DNA of 64,000 nt. Origin: Candidatus Zixiibacteriota bacterium. GTDB taxonomy: Bacteria > Zixibacteria > MSB-5A5 > UBA10806 > 4484-95. The position numbers were made by a program, and so were the translations under genes. Of this stretch, positions 8,814 through 18,265 are shown one piece after another (position 1 is the first letter of the stretch; each line of letters starts with the position of its first letter). The stretch is taken from contig JAOZPT010000001.1 of assembly GCA_029932605.1 (NCBI GenBank), positions 5,837-69,836 on the forward strand, written 5' to 3'. Below the pieces are notes generated by a model. It saw only the letters and a list, made by a program, of their open reading frames with translations. It searched no databases and was not told the DNA's origin.

Positions 8814-10103
8814 ATGTTAAATAGGCACTTCTTAACGACAATATTATCAAAGAGAACATTTAACAGATTTAAAGATGAAAAAATAAAAAGGCTTATTGAA
8901 AACTTCTTCTCCCTATCCGTTCTTCAGGTGGTAAACTATATTTTACCGCTTGTTACACTGCCATATTTGGTGAGGGTATTAGGTGCTGAGAAGTTTGGTC
9001 TGGTCATGTTTGCCAACGCCTTTATTCAATATTTTATTATGCTCACGGACTACGGGTTTATTCTGTCGGCCACCAGGGAGATATCTGTTCACAGGGAGGA
9101 TATAAAGAAAGTTTCGGAGATTTTCACCTCGGTTATGATAATAAAAATGGTGTTGTTTCTTGTAAGTTTGATTATCTTGTTTGGTATCGTATTCAGTTTC
9201 GATAAGTTCAGAAATGATTGGCAGTTATATTTTTTAACATCGGGCATGATTTTGGGTAATATTTTATTTCCGATATGGTTCTTTCAGGGTATGGAAAGGA
9301 TGAAATATATAACCATTTTAAATATTACGGCCAAAACGATATTCACAGTCTTAATATTTGTTTTTATAAGAAATCAAGGTGATTACATATATGTACCGGT
9401 TTTCAATTCTTTAGGTTTTATAACGGCTGGCATTTTATCTTTTTGGATAGTAATAAAATATTTTAAGATCCGTTTATATCTACCCAAAATTTCTCGAATA
9501 TACAGTTACTTTAAAGATAGCACTCAATATTTTCTTTCGAGGGTTTCAGTATCAGTATATACAAGTAGTAATACTTTCGTTGTCGGATTATTTTTGGGTA
9601 ATACCGCAGCCGGATATTATTCTGCAGCCGAGAAGCTATTTTTGGCCTTAAGGATGGCATATACTCCTTTGAATACAACTTTATATCCATACATGTGCAA
9701 TACTAGAAACCTGAGATTGTATAAAAAGATATTCCTGCTGGCGTTTATCGTGAATTTAGCGCTGTGTTCTTCAATATTTCTATCCAGCGGGTTTATCATC
9801 GGCCTGCTTTATGGAGAAGGTTTTCAGGTAAGCGTAAAATTACTGCAGATGTTTTCAATACTGGGTCTTATAATAGTTCCTTCCATCTTGCTTGGATATC
9901 CCCTGCTGGCGGCTTTAGGCCATCCTAAATATGCAAACATGAGCGTCATAGTCGCTTCTGTATTTCATTTAATTATGTTGATGTTGATAATTCCCATAAT
10001 CAAAATTTATTTCGTAGTCATAATAGCTATGATAACAGAAACCGTAGTGCTTCTGATCAGAGTCTATGGTATAAGAAAACATAAACTATGGAGAACTAGA
10101 TGA
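8814..10103 (+). CDS. polysaccharide/teichoic-acid-type flippase (Wzx-like, MOP superfamily)
   Basis: 429 aa with about 12 predicted TM segments. The Polysacc_synt-like N-terminus (LSVLQVVNYILPLVTLPYLVRVLGAEKFGLV) is present. Confidence 0.7.
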   Translation: MLNRHFLTTILSKRTFNRFKDEKIKRLIENFFSLSVLQVVNYILPLVTLPYLVRVLGAEKFGLVMFANAFIQYFIMLTDYGFILSATREISVHREDIKKVSEIFTSVMIIKMVLFLVSLIILFGIVFSFDKFRNDWQLYFLTSGMILGNILFPIWFFQGMERMKYITILNITAKTIFTVLIFVFIRNQGDYIYVPVFNSLGFITAGILSFWIVIKYFKIRLYLPKISRIYSYFKDSTQYFLSRVSVSVYTSSNTFVVGLFLGNTAAGYYSAAEKLFLALRMAYTPLNTTLYPYMCNTRNLRLYKKIFLLAFIVNLALCSSIFLSSGFIIGLLYGEGFQVSVKLLQMFSILGLIIVPSILLGYPLLAALGHPKYANMSVIVASVFHLIMLMLIIPIIKIYFVVIIAMITETVVLLIRVYGIRKHKLWRTR

Positions 10104-10783
10104 AAGCAGTTATCCTTGCCGCGGGTATGGGCTTACGAATTGGGAAACCTGTTCCCAAAGCTCTTTTAGAATTACCATCAGGGGAAAGCATTTTGAGCAG
10201 ACAGGTTAGAATTTTTAAATCTGAGGGGATAGAGGATATAAGCGTCGTTGTGGGGTATAAAAAAGAACTGATCATGTCCCACATTCCTGATGTGCGGTTT
10301 ATATTCAATCCCGAATACAGAAATACGAATACCGCTAAAAGTCTTTTGTGCGCGTTGGAGGGAGTAGAGGATGATATTATATGGGCAAACGGGGACCTCG
10401 TTTATGATGAAAACATTTTAACATTGTTAAAATCGCAAAGGTTTAATACAATTGTCGTTAACAATGCTAAATGTGGTGAAGAGGAGGTTAAATATCTTGT
10501 GGATAAAAGTGGTAATGTTATCTCTATTTCCAAGGAAATTGAAAATGGCCAGGGTGAGGCGTTGGGAATAAATTTGATTAAGAAGAAGTCGATTAAAGTA
10601 TTTATTGAGGCGTTAAATGAATGTAAGGACACTGATTTTTTCGAAAAGGCTATACAGATTTTGATCGATAGGGGGGTAATCTTTAAACATCTCGATGTGT
10701 CTGATTACAGATGTATTGAGATTGATTTTGAAGAGGATTTGAACAGGGCTTTGATTTTATTTGGTCAGAATGGTAGAAATTGA
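10100..10783 (+). CDS. LicC-like sugar/alcohol-phosphate cytidylyltransferase (NTP_transferase fold)
   Basis: 227 aa. MKAVILAAGMGLRIG ... PKALLEL at the N-terminus. The whole protein lines up with CTP:phosphocholine cytidylyltransferase LicC-like enzymes. Its start overlaps the flippase stop (ATGA), suggesting translational coupling. Confidence 0.7.
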   Translation: MKAVILAAGMGLRIGKPVPKALLELPSGESILSRQVRIFKSEGIEDISVVVGYKKELIMSHIPDVRFIFNPEYRNTNTAKSLLCALEGVEDDIIWANGDLVYDENILTLLKSQRFNTIVVNNAKCGEEEVKYLVDKSGNVISISKEIENGQGEALGINLIKKKSIKVFIEALNECKDTDFFEKAIQILIDRGVIFKHLDVSDYRCIEIDFEEDLNRALILFGQNGRN

Positions 10784-10886
10784 AATCGCTATCAACCGAA
10801 AATTTATATTTGATTTCAAAAAGACATATTTGTTCGGGAGAAAACCAAATTCCCTATGAAAACGATGGTAAACAGCATACTGAAAA

Positions 10887-12107
10887 TTGATAATGAAAGT
10901 TTTTAGAAGAACGATCACGCTTATAAAATGGCTTTTGGGGAGCATTATATATCTTATTTCATATTTAGTACCCAAGGATAAAAATCTCTGGGTTTTCGGA
11001 GCCTGGTTTGGCGATAAATATTCTGATAACTCGAAATATTTTTTTGAGTATATGAATAGAGCTCATCCCGAAATAAAAGCGGTCTGGCTGACCAACAACG
11101 ATAAGGCTTTAAGATTGGTCAAGAACAAGGGTTTTGAGGTTTTAAGAACATACAGCTTAAAGGGGACCTGGTGCTCGATGCGGGCGACAGTAGGAATACT
11201 TTCAACATGGGTAAACGATATAAATAGATATACGATTTCAAAAACGCGTTTAATACAGTTGTGGCATGGTTCGCCGTTAAAAAAAATAGGCTATGATGAT
11301 AAAATTTCTATTGAGAAGGAATTGCTGATTAAAAGGGTTGTTACAAGGTTGTTGCCGTTCTTGAAAAAGGGTTTAGAGATAAATATGATAATGGCTGCTT
11401 CTTCTAAAGTGCAAGGGATACTATCCGGAGCGTTCAGGGTTTCCAAAAGCAATGTAAAAATAACAGGATATCCTAGAAACGATGTTTTCTTTATGGAAAA
11501 CACCGAGAATTTTCCTATAAAACAGAAACTTCTAAAACTCAAAAATTGTTTTAAAATCGGTATTTATCTTCCCACACATCGCCAGAAAGGAAATATCGAT
11601 ATCGCTTCAATGTTTCTTGATACCATTGATGATGTAAACTCAAGATTAAAAAAAATTAATGTGATTCTTCTGGTAAAATATCATTATTATCATCTGAGAT
11701 CTCTTAAGGACAGGTTGGCAAGTTATTCGAATATCATTTTTTTAAGCGATGATGATATTAATCAGGATATCTATCCTGTCCTGCCGCTGGTTGATTTTTT
11801 GATTACTGATTATTCAAGTGTTTATTTTGATTATTTACTGACGGATAAACCTATAATATTTGCTCCATTTGATATGAGGCAGTATGTGAAGGATGATAGA
11901 GAGCTTTATTTTGACTATGATGAAGTGACACCTGGTGCCAAAGCCACAAATTGGGATGAGCTTATATACTTTATAGACAGAGCAATCAAATACCCCGATG
12001 AATATAAACCGCAAAGAGATAAAATCAGGAGGATTTTCAATCAATATGACGACGGAAATAGTAGCCAGAGAGTCTTCGATGAGGTTATAAAATACACTCA
12101 CTCTTGA
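10887..12107 (+). CDS. CDP-glycerol/CDP-alcohol glycerophosphotransferase family protein (TagB/TagF-like)
   Basis: 406 aa. The C-terminal motif ITDYSSVYFDYLLTDKPIIFAPFDMRQYVKDDRELYFDYDEVTPG is typical of the Glyphos_transf (TagF) family. Confidence 0.75.
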   Translation: MIMKVFRRTITLIKWLLGSIIYLISYLVPKDKNLWVFGAWFGDKYSDNSKYFFEYMNRAHPEIKAVWLTNNDKALRLVKNKGFEVLRTYSLKGTWCSMRATVGILSTWVNDINRYTISKTRLIQLWHGSPLKKIGYDDKISIEKELLIKRVVTRLLPFLKKGLEINMIMAASSKVQGILSGAFRVSKSNVKITGYPRNDVFFMENTENFPIKQKLLKLKNCFKIGIYLPTHRQKGNIDIASMFLDTIDDVNSRLKKINVILLVKYHYYHLRSLKDRLASYSNIIFLSDDDINQDIYPVLPLVDFLITDYSSVYFDYLLTDKPIIFAPFDMRQYVKDDRELYFDYDEVTPGAKATNWDELIYFIDRAIKYPDEYKPQRDKIRRIFNQYDDGNSSQRVFDEVIKYTHS

Positions 12108-12138
12108 TAATTTTTGTTATTGACTAAACGTAAAATTT

Positions 12139-12582
12139 GTGTTAGATGTTTTTGAGATGTTAAAAAGTCTAACAATATGTTTGTGTTTGGTGGTCATTAT
12201 CATAAGTTGCAATTCTCAACCATCACCGAAGGATGTGACTTTTGAGTTCATTGCTGCTGTATTGGATGGAGATACAACTACTATTTTGCAATATTTAGAT
12301 CTTGAGCGGATGGCTGAAAGAAAGATGAAGGATATTGTTTTAAAAGATAGTATCCTTAACCCCGCTGACTTTAAAGCGGAAATCCTTAGTGAGCTTACCG
12401 GCCTTGGGCAAACCCGTAATCAATGGAAAAATCAAAGGATTTTGGTTAACAAAGAGATTGTCAGAGGGGATTCTGCCGAGGTGGAGATGACTTTTATTGA
12501 CCAGTTCACGGGCACGATCAAATACTCGATGGTTTACCTTCATCATAAGGATAACCGCTGGTTGGTTTATTTCTATAAATGA
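12139..12582 (+). CDS. hypothetical lipoprotein
   Basis: 147 aa. Signal peptide with lipobox-like IISC. Confidence 0.45.
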   Translation: MLDVFEMLKSLTICLCLVVIIISCNSQPSPKDVTFEFIAAVLDGDTTTILQYLDLERMAERKMKDIVLKDSILNPADFKAEILSELTGLGQTRNQWKNQRILVNKEIVRGDSAEVEMTFIDQFTGTIKYSMVYLHHKDNRWLVYFYK

Positions 12583-12908
12583 GAACGATAATTATCCTCA
12601 CCGGTTCCTTTCTTTCAGCAATTTTACTTGTTGCCATTGTCGATATTTATGTTCCCGACCACTCGGTGATGGTTATCCCTCTGATGGTTATATTTTTTGT
12701 AATCTGGATGGTTGGATTCGGTTATGCCACTGTTCCTGAGAATCTCAAAAAAAAGACCATTGCAGTTTTAATAATCGAGGGTTTGGCTTTAGCTGTAACT
12801 GCCGTTTACTTTATCATCAGCATTGGATTTGAACCAAAATATATATTCGGTTTAACGCTGGGAGTTGCCTCTTTGATAATAATGATTCTGTTAAGAGAGA
12901 AACGTTAA
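12579..12908 (+). CDS. hypothetical small membrane protein (3 TM)
   Basis: 109 aa. Three hydrophobic helices. Start overlaps the previous gene by 4 nt. Confidence 0.4.
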   Translation: MRTIIILTGSFLSAILLVAIVDIYVPDHSVMVIPLMVIFFVIWMVGFGYATVPENLKKKTIAVLIIEGLALAVTAVYFIISIGFEPKYIFGLTLGVASLIIMILLREKR

Positions 12909-12910
12909 CG

Positions 12911-14227
12911 TTATTTTAAATAAGTCACTTTTGCCGTGGATGATTGGTTTTTCTGCAAAGCGAAATTACGGCCAGAAATTTTTATAAAATATATTCCAGA
13001 TACCAAATTTTCAGGATTCCATACAATAGAGTAACTTCCGTTCTCGAAAACACCTTTTTCAAGGTTAGTAACAAGTTTCCCATTGATGTTATAAATATCC
13101 AGTGAAATTGATGTTACCCTAGCAATCTCGAATCTGATTGTAGCTGCAGAATTAAATGGATTGGGATAACAACCGGTTATCTTGAAACTTACCGGCAGTA
13201 AATTATTGTTGTTATCGATGCTGTTTATATAACTAGGTAGAAGAACAAACAATGAATCGCCATCGGCTAATAACAGGTAGTCGCCATAAACAGCACTTCC
13301 GCGTGCTGTATTAGGACTATCGAATATTGCCAGCAATGAAGGATTCAAAGGGTTATTGACAGAAACAGCGATAAGGCCTCCTGTGTCATCGGCAAGATAG
13401 GCAATTGTATCGGATATAGTAACCCTGTTTAAATAACCCGGGGTGTCGAATGTCGTCAGGCTATCCGGGTGTAAAGGGTCGTTTAAATCAAATATGACCA
13501 TCCCCTCTTGCCCGCAGGCCAAATACAGGTTTTCTGCGGTCATGGTGATATCCGAACCTCCCGTATCGAGTCTGAATGAATCTAAGAGAACCGGATTTAT
13601 CGTATCGGCAAGAGAATATGTTAAAAGCCCGTAATCCTGGTCAGCGATATAAATTGTAGTGCCATTTACCGCAACCGATGCTGTATATCCAAATGGCGGG
13701 ATATATCCCACCTGTTGCGGATTGGAGTTATCTGTGACATCAAGTATGACCAGACCATTGAGAAAGTCAGCTACATATAACAGATTTTCGTATAAAAACA
13801 GATCTATAGTGGTGCCAAGGGTATTGAAAGCTCCAATTGAATCAGGGGAAGCTGGTTGAGACAGGTCAACGATTGTCACTCCTCTGTTCCAGTGGGCAAG
13901 GTAGGCGATGTTATCTGAAACGATGATATCATTTACGAAAGCATCGTCAAAGTATGAAGAGACGTAAATGGGCACTTCAGGTATAACGATATTGAATATC
14001 GAAAGGCCGGCATCACCATCGGCAACCAAGGCGACATTGTCATATATCGCCACAGATTGGGCCTGCCCGGGAGTGTTTGTTACACCGATTACATCGAATT
14101 GCCAGTCATACTGGCAGAATGTTACTGTTGATAATAATAATATCAGTATAGTTGCAGTTGTCGGTAAATTCCGCATAAAATTACCCATATTAAAAACTTG
14201 CAAATAATATACCTGTTGTAAATACAT
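12911..14227 (-). CDS. LVIVD-repeat beta-propeller protein with T9SS C-terminal sorting domain
   Basis: 438 aa. Signal peptide, then repeated L-x-I/V-x-D-like blades (LVILDVTDNSNPQQ, VTIVDLSQPASP, MVIFDLNDPLHP, LIAVSVNNPLNP). C-terminal YPNPFNSAATIRF ... GIYFIKI matches the Por secretion-tail pattern. Confidence 0.7.
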   Translation of the reverse strand: MYLQQVYYLQVFNMGNFMRNLPTTATILILLLSTVTFCQYDWQFDVIGVTNTPGQAQSVAIYDNVALVADGDAGLSIFNIVIPEVPIYVSSYFDDAFVNDIIVSDNIAYLAHWNRGVTIVDLSQPASPDSIGAFNTLGTTIDLFLYENLLYVADFLNGLVILDVTDNSNPQQVGYIPPFGYTASVAVNGTTIYIADQDYGLLTYSLADTINPVLLDSFRLDTGGSDITMTAENLYLACGQEGMVIFDLNDPLHPDSLTTFDTPGYLNRVTISDTIAYLADDTGGLIAVSVNNPLNPSLLAIFDSPNTARGSAVYGDYLLLADGDSLFVLLPSYINSIDNNNNLLPVSFKITGCYPNPFNSAATIRFEIARVTSISLDIYNINGKLVTNLEKGVFENGSYSIVWNPENLVSGIYFIKISGRNFALQKNQSSTAKVTYLK

Positions 14228-14456
14228 TTTCCAATCGATTTGTAGTTATCGATATAAGTTGTTATTATATATTATGATAGCGGATATGAATATGGGCAAG
14301 CCCCGGATATGTAATGACTTAAATTGTATAAACTGATAATAATGTAAGATATTTCGGATTATGTTATTGCATAATAAGATAAAATGGATTCCATGCTAAT
14401 ATCGAATAAACAGTTTTGTTATTGAAAATATTTTTTTGTAACTTATTATATAATGT

Positions 14457-15338
14457 ATGCAGGAAATTATAAGAAATTTGCTCAAACAAAAGGGTTTGTT
14501 TATCTGCAGGCATCCGCTTCATAGCAAATTCGATTTCGAGGTTTCCCCTTATCATATACTCAAACAGAAAAAGTGTTTCAAGACCGGCTGTGTCGAGTTC
14601 ATCTGGCGATGCAAAATTCATGGTAAAAATATCGACTGTCCTCGCGGTTATAAGCATGTCGGGAAAAACTGTTTTTCCTGCAAGCATTATTACGAGGAAA
14701 AAATCTGCAGAAAACCAGAAGCACTGGTGGATAAAGAAACCTTGCAAAAATTCTTCGACGACTTGAAGGATTATGAATACTGGCTTTCGACCGTCGAGGG
14801 GAAAAGGGTATCATTTTCAGGCATCATCACAGCTGTTTATCCCTCGCTGGTAATGACTGTTGATAACAATAGGTCATCAGTCCGGATGAATGGATTTTTG
14901 ATTAAGTTTGCCAAAGGTTATATCGGTTACGATTTATTCGATGACACTATATATTTACATATTGGTAGAAGATTCTTAGCCAAATGGCAACCGGCGCCCA
15001 GTGATGAATTGGAATTTAAAGCACGACTTACAAATAGTAGAGGTAAAGTAGTCTTAATCAGACCGACTGAAGTAGAAATTGAAAAAAACGAGGGAAAACC
15101 CATTATTGACTATTCTAAGGCCCTTATTGGTAAAACAACCGGTACTATTGTCAGGGATGATATAAGCCTTTGTCATCAATGTCCGTTCGGTGCCCTGCTT
15201 GATGTTATCGTGTTAAGGCCTAAGCGGAATATTTACCGGAGATTTTACTGTTTGAGGGGGGTTGAATACTCGAAAGATTGCCCGGTGCGATTAGAACAAG
15301 AATTAATAAAAAACAGTAATCAATCCGTCGAGATTTGA
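14457..15338 (+). CDS. hypothetical cysteine-rich protein (no recognised family)
   Basis: 293 aa. N-terminal cluster of CxxC/CxxxxC motifs (CFKTGC, CKIHGKNIDC, CFSCKHY) and a C-terminal CHQCPFG ... C ... C. Preferred over the overlapping antisense 127-aa ORF at 14364..14747. Confidence 0.4.
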   Translation: MQEIIRNLLKQKGLFICRHPLHSKFDFEVSPYHILKQKKCFKTGCVEFIWRCKIHGKNIDCPRGYKHVGKNCFSCKHYYEEKICRKPEALVDKETLQKFFDDLKDYEYWLSTVEGKRVSFSGIITAVYPSLVMTVDNNRSSVRMNGFLIKFAKGYIGYDLFDDTIYLHIGRRFLAKWQPAPSDELEFKARLTNSRGKVVLIRPTEVEIEKNEGKPIIDYSKALIGKTTGTIVRDDISLCHQCPFGALLDVIVLRPKRNIYRRFYCLRGVEYSKDCPVRLEQELIKNSNQSVEI

Positions 15339-15349
15339 TAAAATAACCT

Positions 15350-16222
15350 ATGGTACTTTTCGATAAGAGGATTCTGGTTGTGGGAGCGACGGGTATGTTT
15401 GGCCAACCTGTGGCACAATCCCTTGAAAAATTTGGATTTAATGTGCGAGTTTTCAGCCGCTCCGAACAAAAGGCTAAAAAGTTATTCGGTGATGGCTATG
15501 AAATCGCCAGTGGAGATATCAGCGATATCGATTCTTTAAAAAATGCTCTTAAAAACTGCTACGGTGTTCATATAAACCTCAAGGGTGGACCTAAGCAAAA
15601 AGATTACGACCGTATAGAACACAAAGGAACTGCTGCTATCGTAAAAGCTGCTTCCGAGGTTGGGGTTAAACGGGTTACATATCTTTCCGGTGCCACGGTC
15701 TCAAAGGAACAATGCTGGTTTGCTGGCACCAAGGCCAAGTATAATGCTGAACAGGCTATTATGAGAAGTGGTCTGGATTATACAATATTTAGGGCTACCT
15801 GGTTTATGGAATCCCTGCCGTTATTTGTAAAGGGAAACCAAGCCTCGGTTATGGGCAAACAGCCTCACAAACTCCACTGGCTGGCCGCTGAGGATTATGC
15901 TCGTATGGTCAGTAAGGCTTATCTTTTCGATAAAGCGGCTAACAAGATATTTTACGCGTTTGGTCCCGAAGCCTATACCATGAAAGAGGCGCTGGAGATT
16001 TTCTGCGGAATAATTAATCCTGATATCAAAGTAACGATGGTTCCATTGGGCGTTCTATCGTTTTTTGCCAAGATAACTTTCAGCAAACAGCTAAAAGAGG
16101 TTTTGCCTCTGATGAGATATTTTGACAAAACAGGCGAACAGGGTGACCCATCACCTACGGACGAGATATTTGGAGCGCCACAAATAACGCTCGAACAGTG
16201 GAGTAAAGAATTTCACAAATAG
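15350..16222 (+). CDS. NmrA-like / atypical SDR NAD(P)-binding protein
   Basis: 290 aa. Rossmann motif ILVVGATGMFGQPV, then the NmrA-like layout. Confidence 0.7.
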   Translation: MVLFDKRILVVGATGMFGQPVAQSLEKFGFNVRVFSRSEQKAKKLFGDGYEIASGDISDIDSLKNALKNCYGVHINLKGGPKQKDYDRIEHKGTAAIVKAASEVGVKRVTYLSGATVSKEQCWFAGTKAKYNAEQAIMRSGLDYTIFRATWFMESLPLFVKGNQASVMGKQPHKLHWLAAEDYARMVSKAYLFDKAANKIFYAFGPEAYTMKEALEIFCGIINPDIKVTMVPLGVLSFFAKITFSKQLKEVLPLMRYFDKTGEQGDPSPTDEIFGAPQITLEQWSKEFHK

Positions 16223-16295
16223 TCGATTCGGTATCTATTGATTTTCATTACATCCGTTCTTTAGGTTGAGTGTGACTTGATCGGTTTGCATGATT

Positions 16296-16506
16296 TCATT
16301 TGGTACTAGTATTTACTCCTTCAAATGTGACCATGATGCCTTCTGGTAGGTTAAATATATTTTTTACTTGTGACTCAGGAACAGAAGCGGCAGTAATAAC
16401 CGCAAAATGCGGAATATAGCCATTGTGATCTAACCTGATATGAAGCTTTATACCGCCATTACCAGATTGTAAAAAAGATAAGCCTGAGGGATAAATTCAA
16501 GACTAA
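16296..16506 (-). pseudogene. IS5-family-like DDE transposase fragment (degraded)
   Basis: Minus-strand frame reads GGIKLHIRLDHNGYIPHFAVITAASVPESQV. This resembles the conserved region around the second catalytic D of IS5-family transposases (K-H-x-x-D ... T-a-a-x-V-h-D-S). It is bounded by stops on both sides with no start codon. No inverted repeats were found. Confidence 0.4.
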
Positions 16507-16848
16507 GTCTCGTAAGGAATACTGCTTGGATAACTTGCAAAAAAGCATGGCCACGAAATGCGGCCATTAGTTAAAAGATATCATAAAACGACGGTTTCTA
16601 CCCCCGAAAACAGCTTTTTCGAAATCGTACTGAGAAATTATTTGCCTTATCTACCCCAATAAGATAAATTTCCTCTGTATGGTTAAGTCTCCTGTATCAA
16701 AGGTGTTATGTTTTGCTTCTACCCTGATTATAAAAGATCTATTAAGCCCTTTTTAAAAAGGCCCGGACATGAGTGATAATATGTAAACATTCAAGTTATA
16801 CACATAATAAAGAAATGGGTAGACCGGTAAAAAACTAAAATTGACAGG

Positions 16849-17436
16849 ATGTCAGTTTTATATCAAGAGAAGATAATGGACAAAAAAATAAATAATAACA
16901 AACCACAAAATAAGGATAACTCACGAAATTCTCAGGAAAAAACTATACAAATTTCTTTTTCCTTAACCCGGGCTGATCTGCTATGGTACAACCTTTATTT
17001 TATTAGATGGATTGTTTTTGGAGCAATCGTACTTATATTGTTTTTTTTAGCCGGTCTGGTTTGGTTTTTAAACACCCCTAAAGGCGATCTGCAGACAGCG
17101 ATAATCTGGATTGTGATAGGTCTTGCAGCTGGTTTTTCGGTATGCATGGGCTCAATTGTAGCAATAATCCTGCAGATATATTTTATCAAAAGCGAGACAG
17201 TGGCTAAAGCTATGACCCCAAAAAGCTATATCATCAATAGTCAGGGCATTACCATATATGATAAAAGAAACCAAATTAATCGACCCTGGGTACAGGTTAT
17301 GAATGTCATAAGGACAAAGCGCGGATTTTATATTCAGACCGGTGATAAGATTTCAATAGTTCTTCCCAGACGAGATTTCAAAGACCCAAAAGACCTGCAA
17401 ACGTTCAATGATATTTTGGTCAAATACAAGTTATAA
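16849..17436 (+). CDS. YcxB-like membrane protein (hypothetical)
   Basis: 195 aa. Two TM helices followed by a soluble domain resembling the YcxB-like family. Confidence 0.4.
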   Translation: MSVLYQEKIMDKKINNNKPQNKDNSRNSQEKTIQISFSLTRADLLWYNLYFIRWIVFGAIVLILFFLAGLVWFLNTPKGDLQTAIIWIVIGLAAGFSVCMGSIVAIILQIYFIKSETVAKAMTPKSYIINSQGITIYDKRNQINRPWVQVMNVIRTKRGFYIQTGDKISIVLPRRDFKDPKDLQTFNDILVKYKL

Positions 17437-17994
17437 TTCAAAAGTATCTTCGAAAACATAGTACTCTAAAATAGTTTTTCATAAAAAATCGAATAAGATA
17501 TTCATAATTTAACCTGCATCATTCATAAGAATTATTTTCTTTCAAAATTAACTGAATTTAAAGTTTTTCAATATGGATTTCAATTAATAACCGAGGATAT
17601 TTTGAGCTTTTGTTATAAGCACGTTTTATCTTTCAAAAGCAACAAAATAGACAACTTTTGATAGCATTCCGCCATATGATCAATATTTTCATATAAGTAG
17701 TCCTTAGTCTTTCCTTCACTTTGTTTTCTTAATCAGCTGTTAACTGGCAATAGAAGTGTATAAAAAGATTTTTTAAAGGATAGCTGCTGTCAAGGTGAAC
17801 CCAAAATCTGCGGTAGCTCTGGACGATTCTGGCTCCGATCTTGACAAGCTCACAGCGTACGATAAATGTAGTTCTCATAGTAACCATAAAAAAACGATGA
17901 CTGCTGGTGACCATGAACCGGATCATCTATTACACTAAATATGGCAACTTTCGCTGTGGTTGCCAAGCGTTTATTTTGCAGTGCGTTAGAAGAC

Positions 17995-18070
17995 TGGTAG
18001 CGCTACGGGGAATCGAACCCCGGTTTGATGGCTGAGAACCACCCGTCCTAGGCCACTAGACGATAGCGCC
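17995..18070 (-). tRNA. tRNA-Glu (anticodon CUC), CCA encoded
   Basis: The reverse complement gives a 7-bp acceptor stem (GGCGCUA/UAGCGCU) with an encoded CCA end. The anticodon loop is UUCUCAG with U33 and A37, and the anticodon CUC reads GAG. A D-arm is present, and there is a standard T-arm CGGGG-TTCGATT-CCCCG. Confidence 0.85.
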
Positions 18071-18073
18071 AAA

Positions 18074-18265
18074 TTGGTCGAAATATATATTCACGATTCT
18101 ATAAGTCAAGAGCTTATTGGCAAGTTTTGTAATGGAATCGAGGTTGATGGTATAAATTATGTTATTATATTTGTAAATCCGGTTTATGTGAATTTGAATA
18201 CAGAACTTGATGACGTTCTTAAAGCAATTGATTTATCTAGTATTACACTTTTTCCTCGACCATAA
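18074..18265 (+). CDS. possible small ORF (63 aa), doubtful
   Basis: ORF-track entry lying between the tRNA and the 3' end of the phosphorylase gene. No recognisable features. Confidence 0.15.
   Translation: MVEIYIHDSISQELIGKFCNGIEVDGINYVIIFVNPVYVNLNTELDDVLKAIDLSSITLFPRP

Noticed and set aside
14364-14747. 127-aa minus-strand ORF overlapping the start of the Cys-rich gene
   Set aside because: Shorter than the 293-aa plus-strand ORF, which has a consistent Cys-motif architecture. It is kept as an uncertainty noted in the findings.
17729-17926. 65-aa minus-strand ORF near the tRNA
   Set aside because: No RBS and a low-complexity composition (FMVTSSHRFFMVT). Probably non-coding intergenic sequence next to the tRNA.
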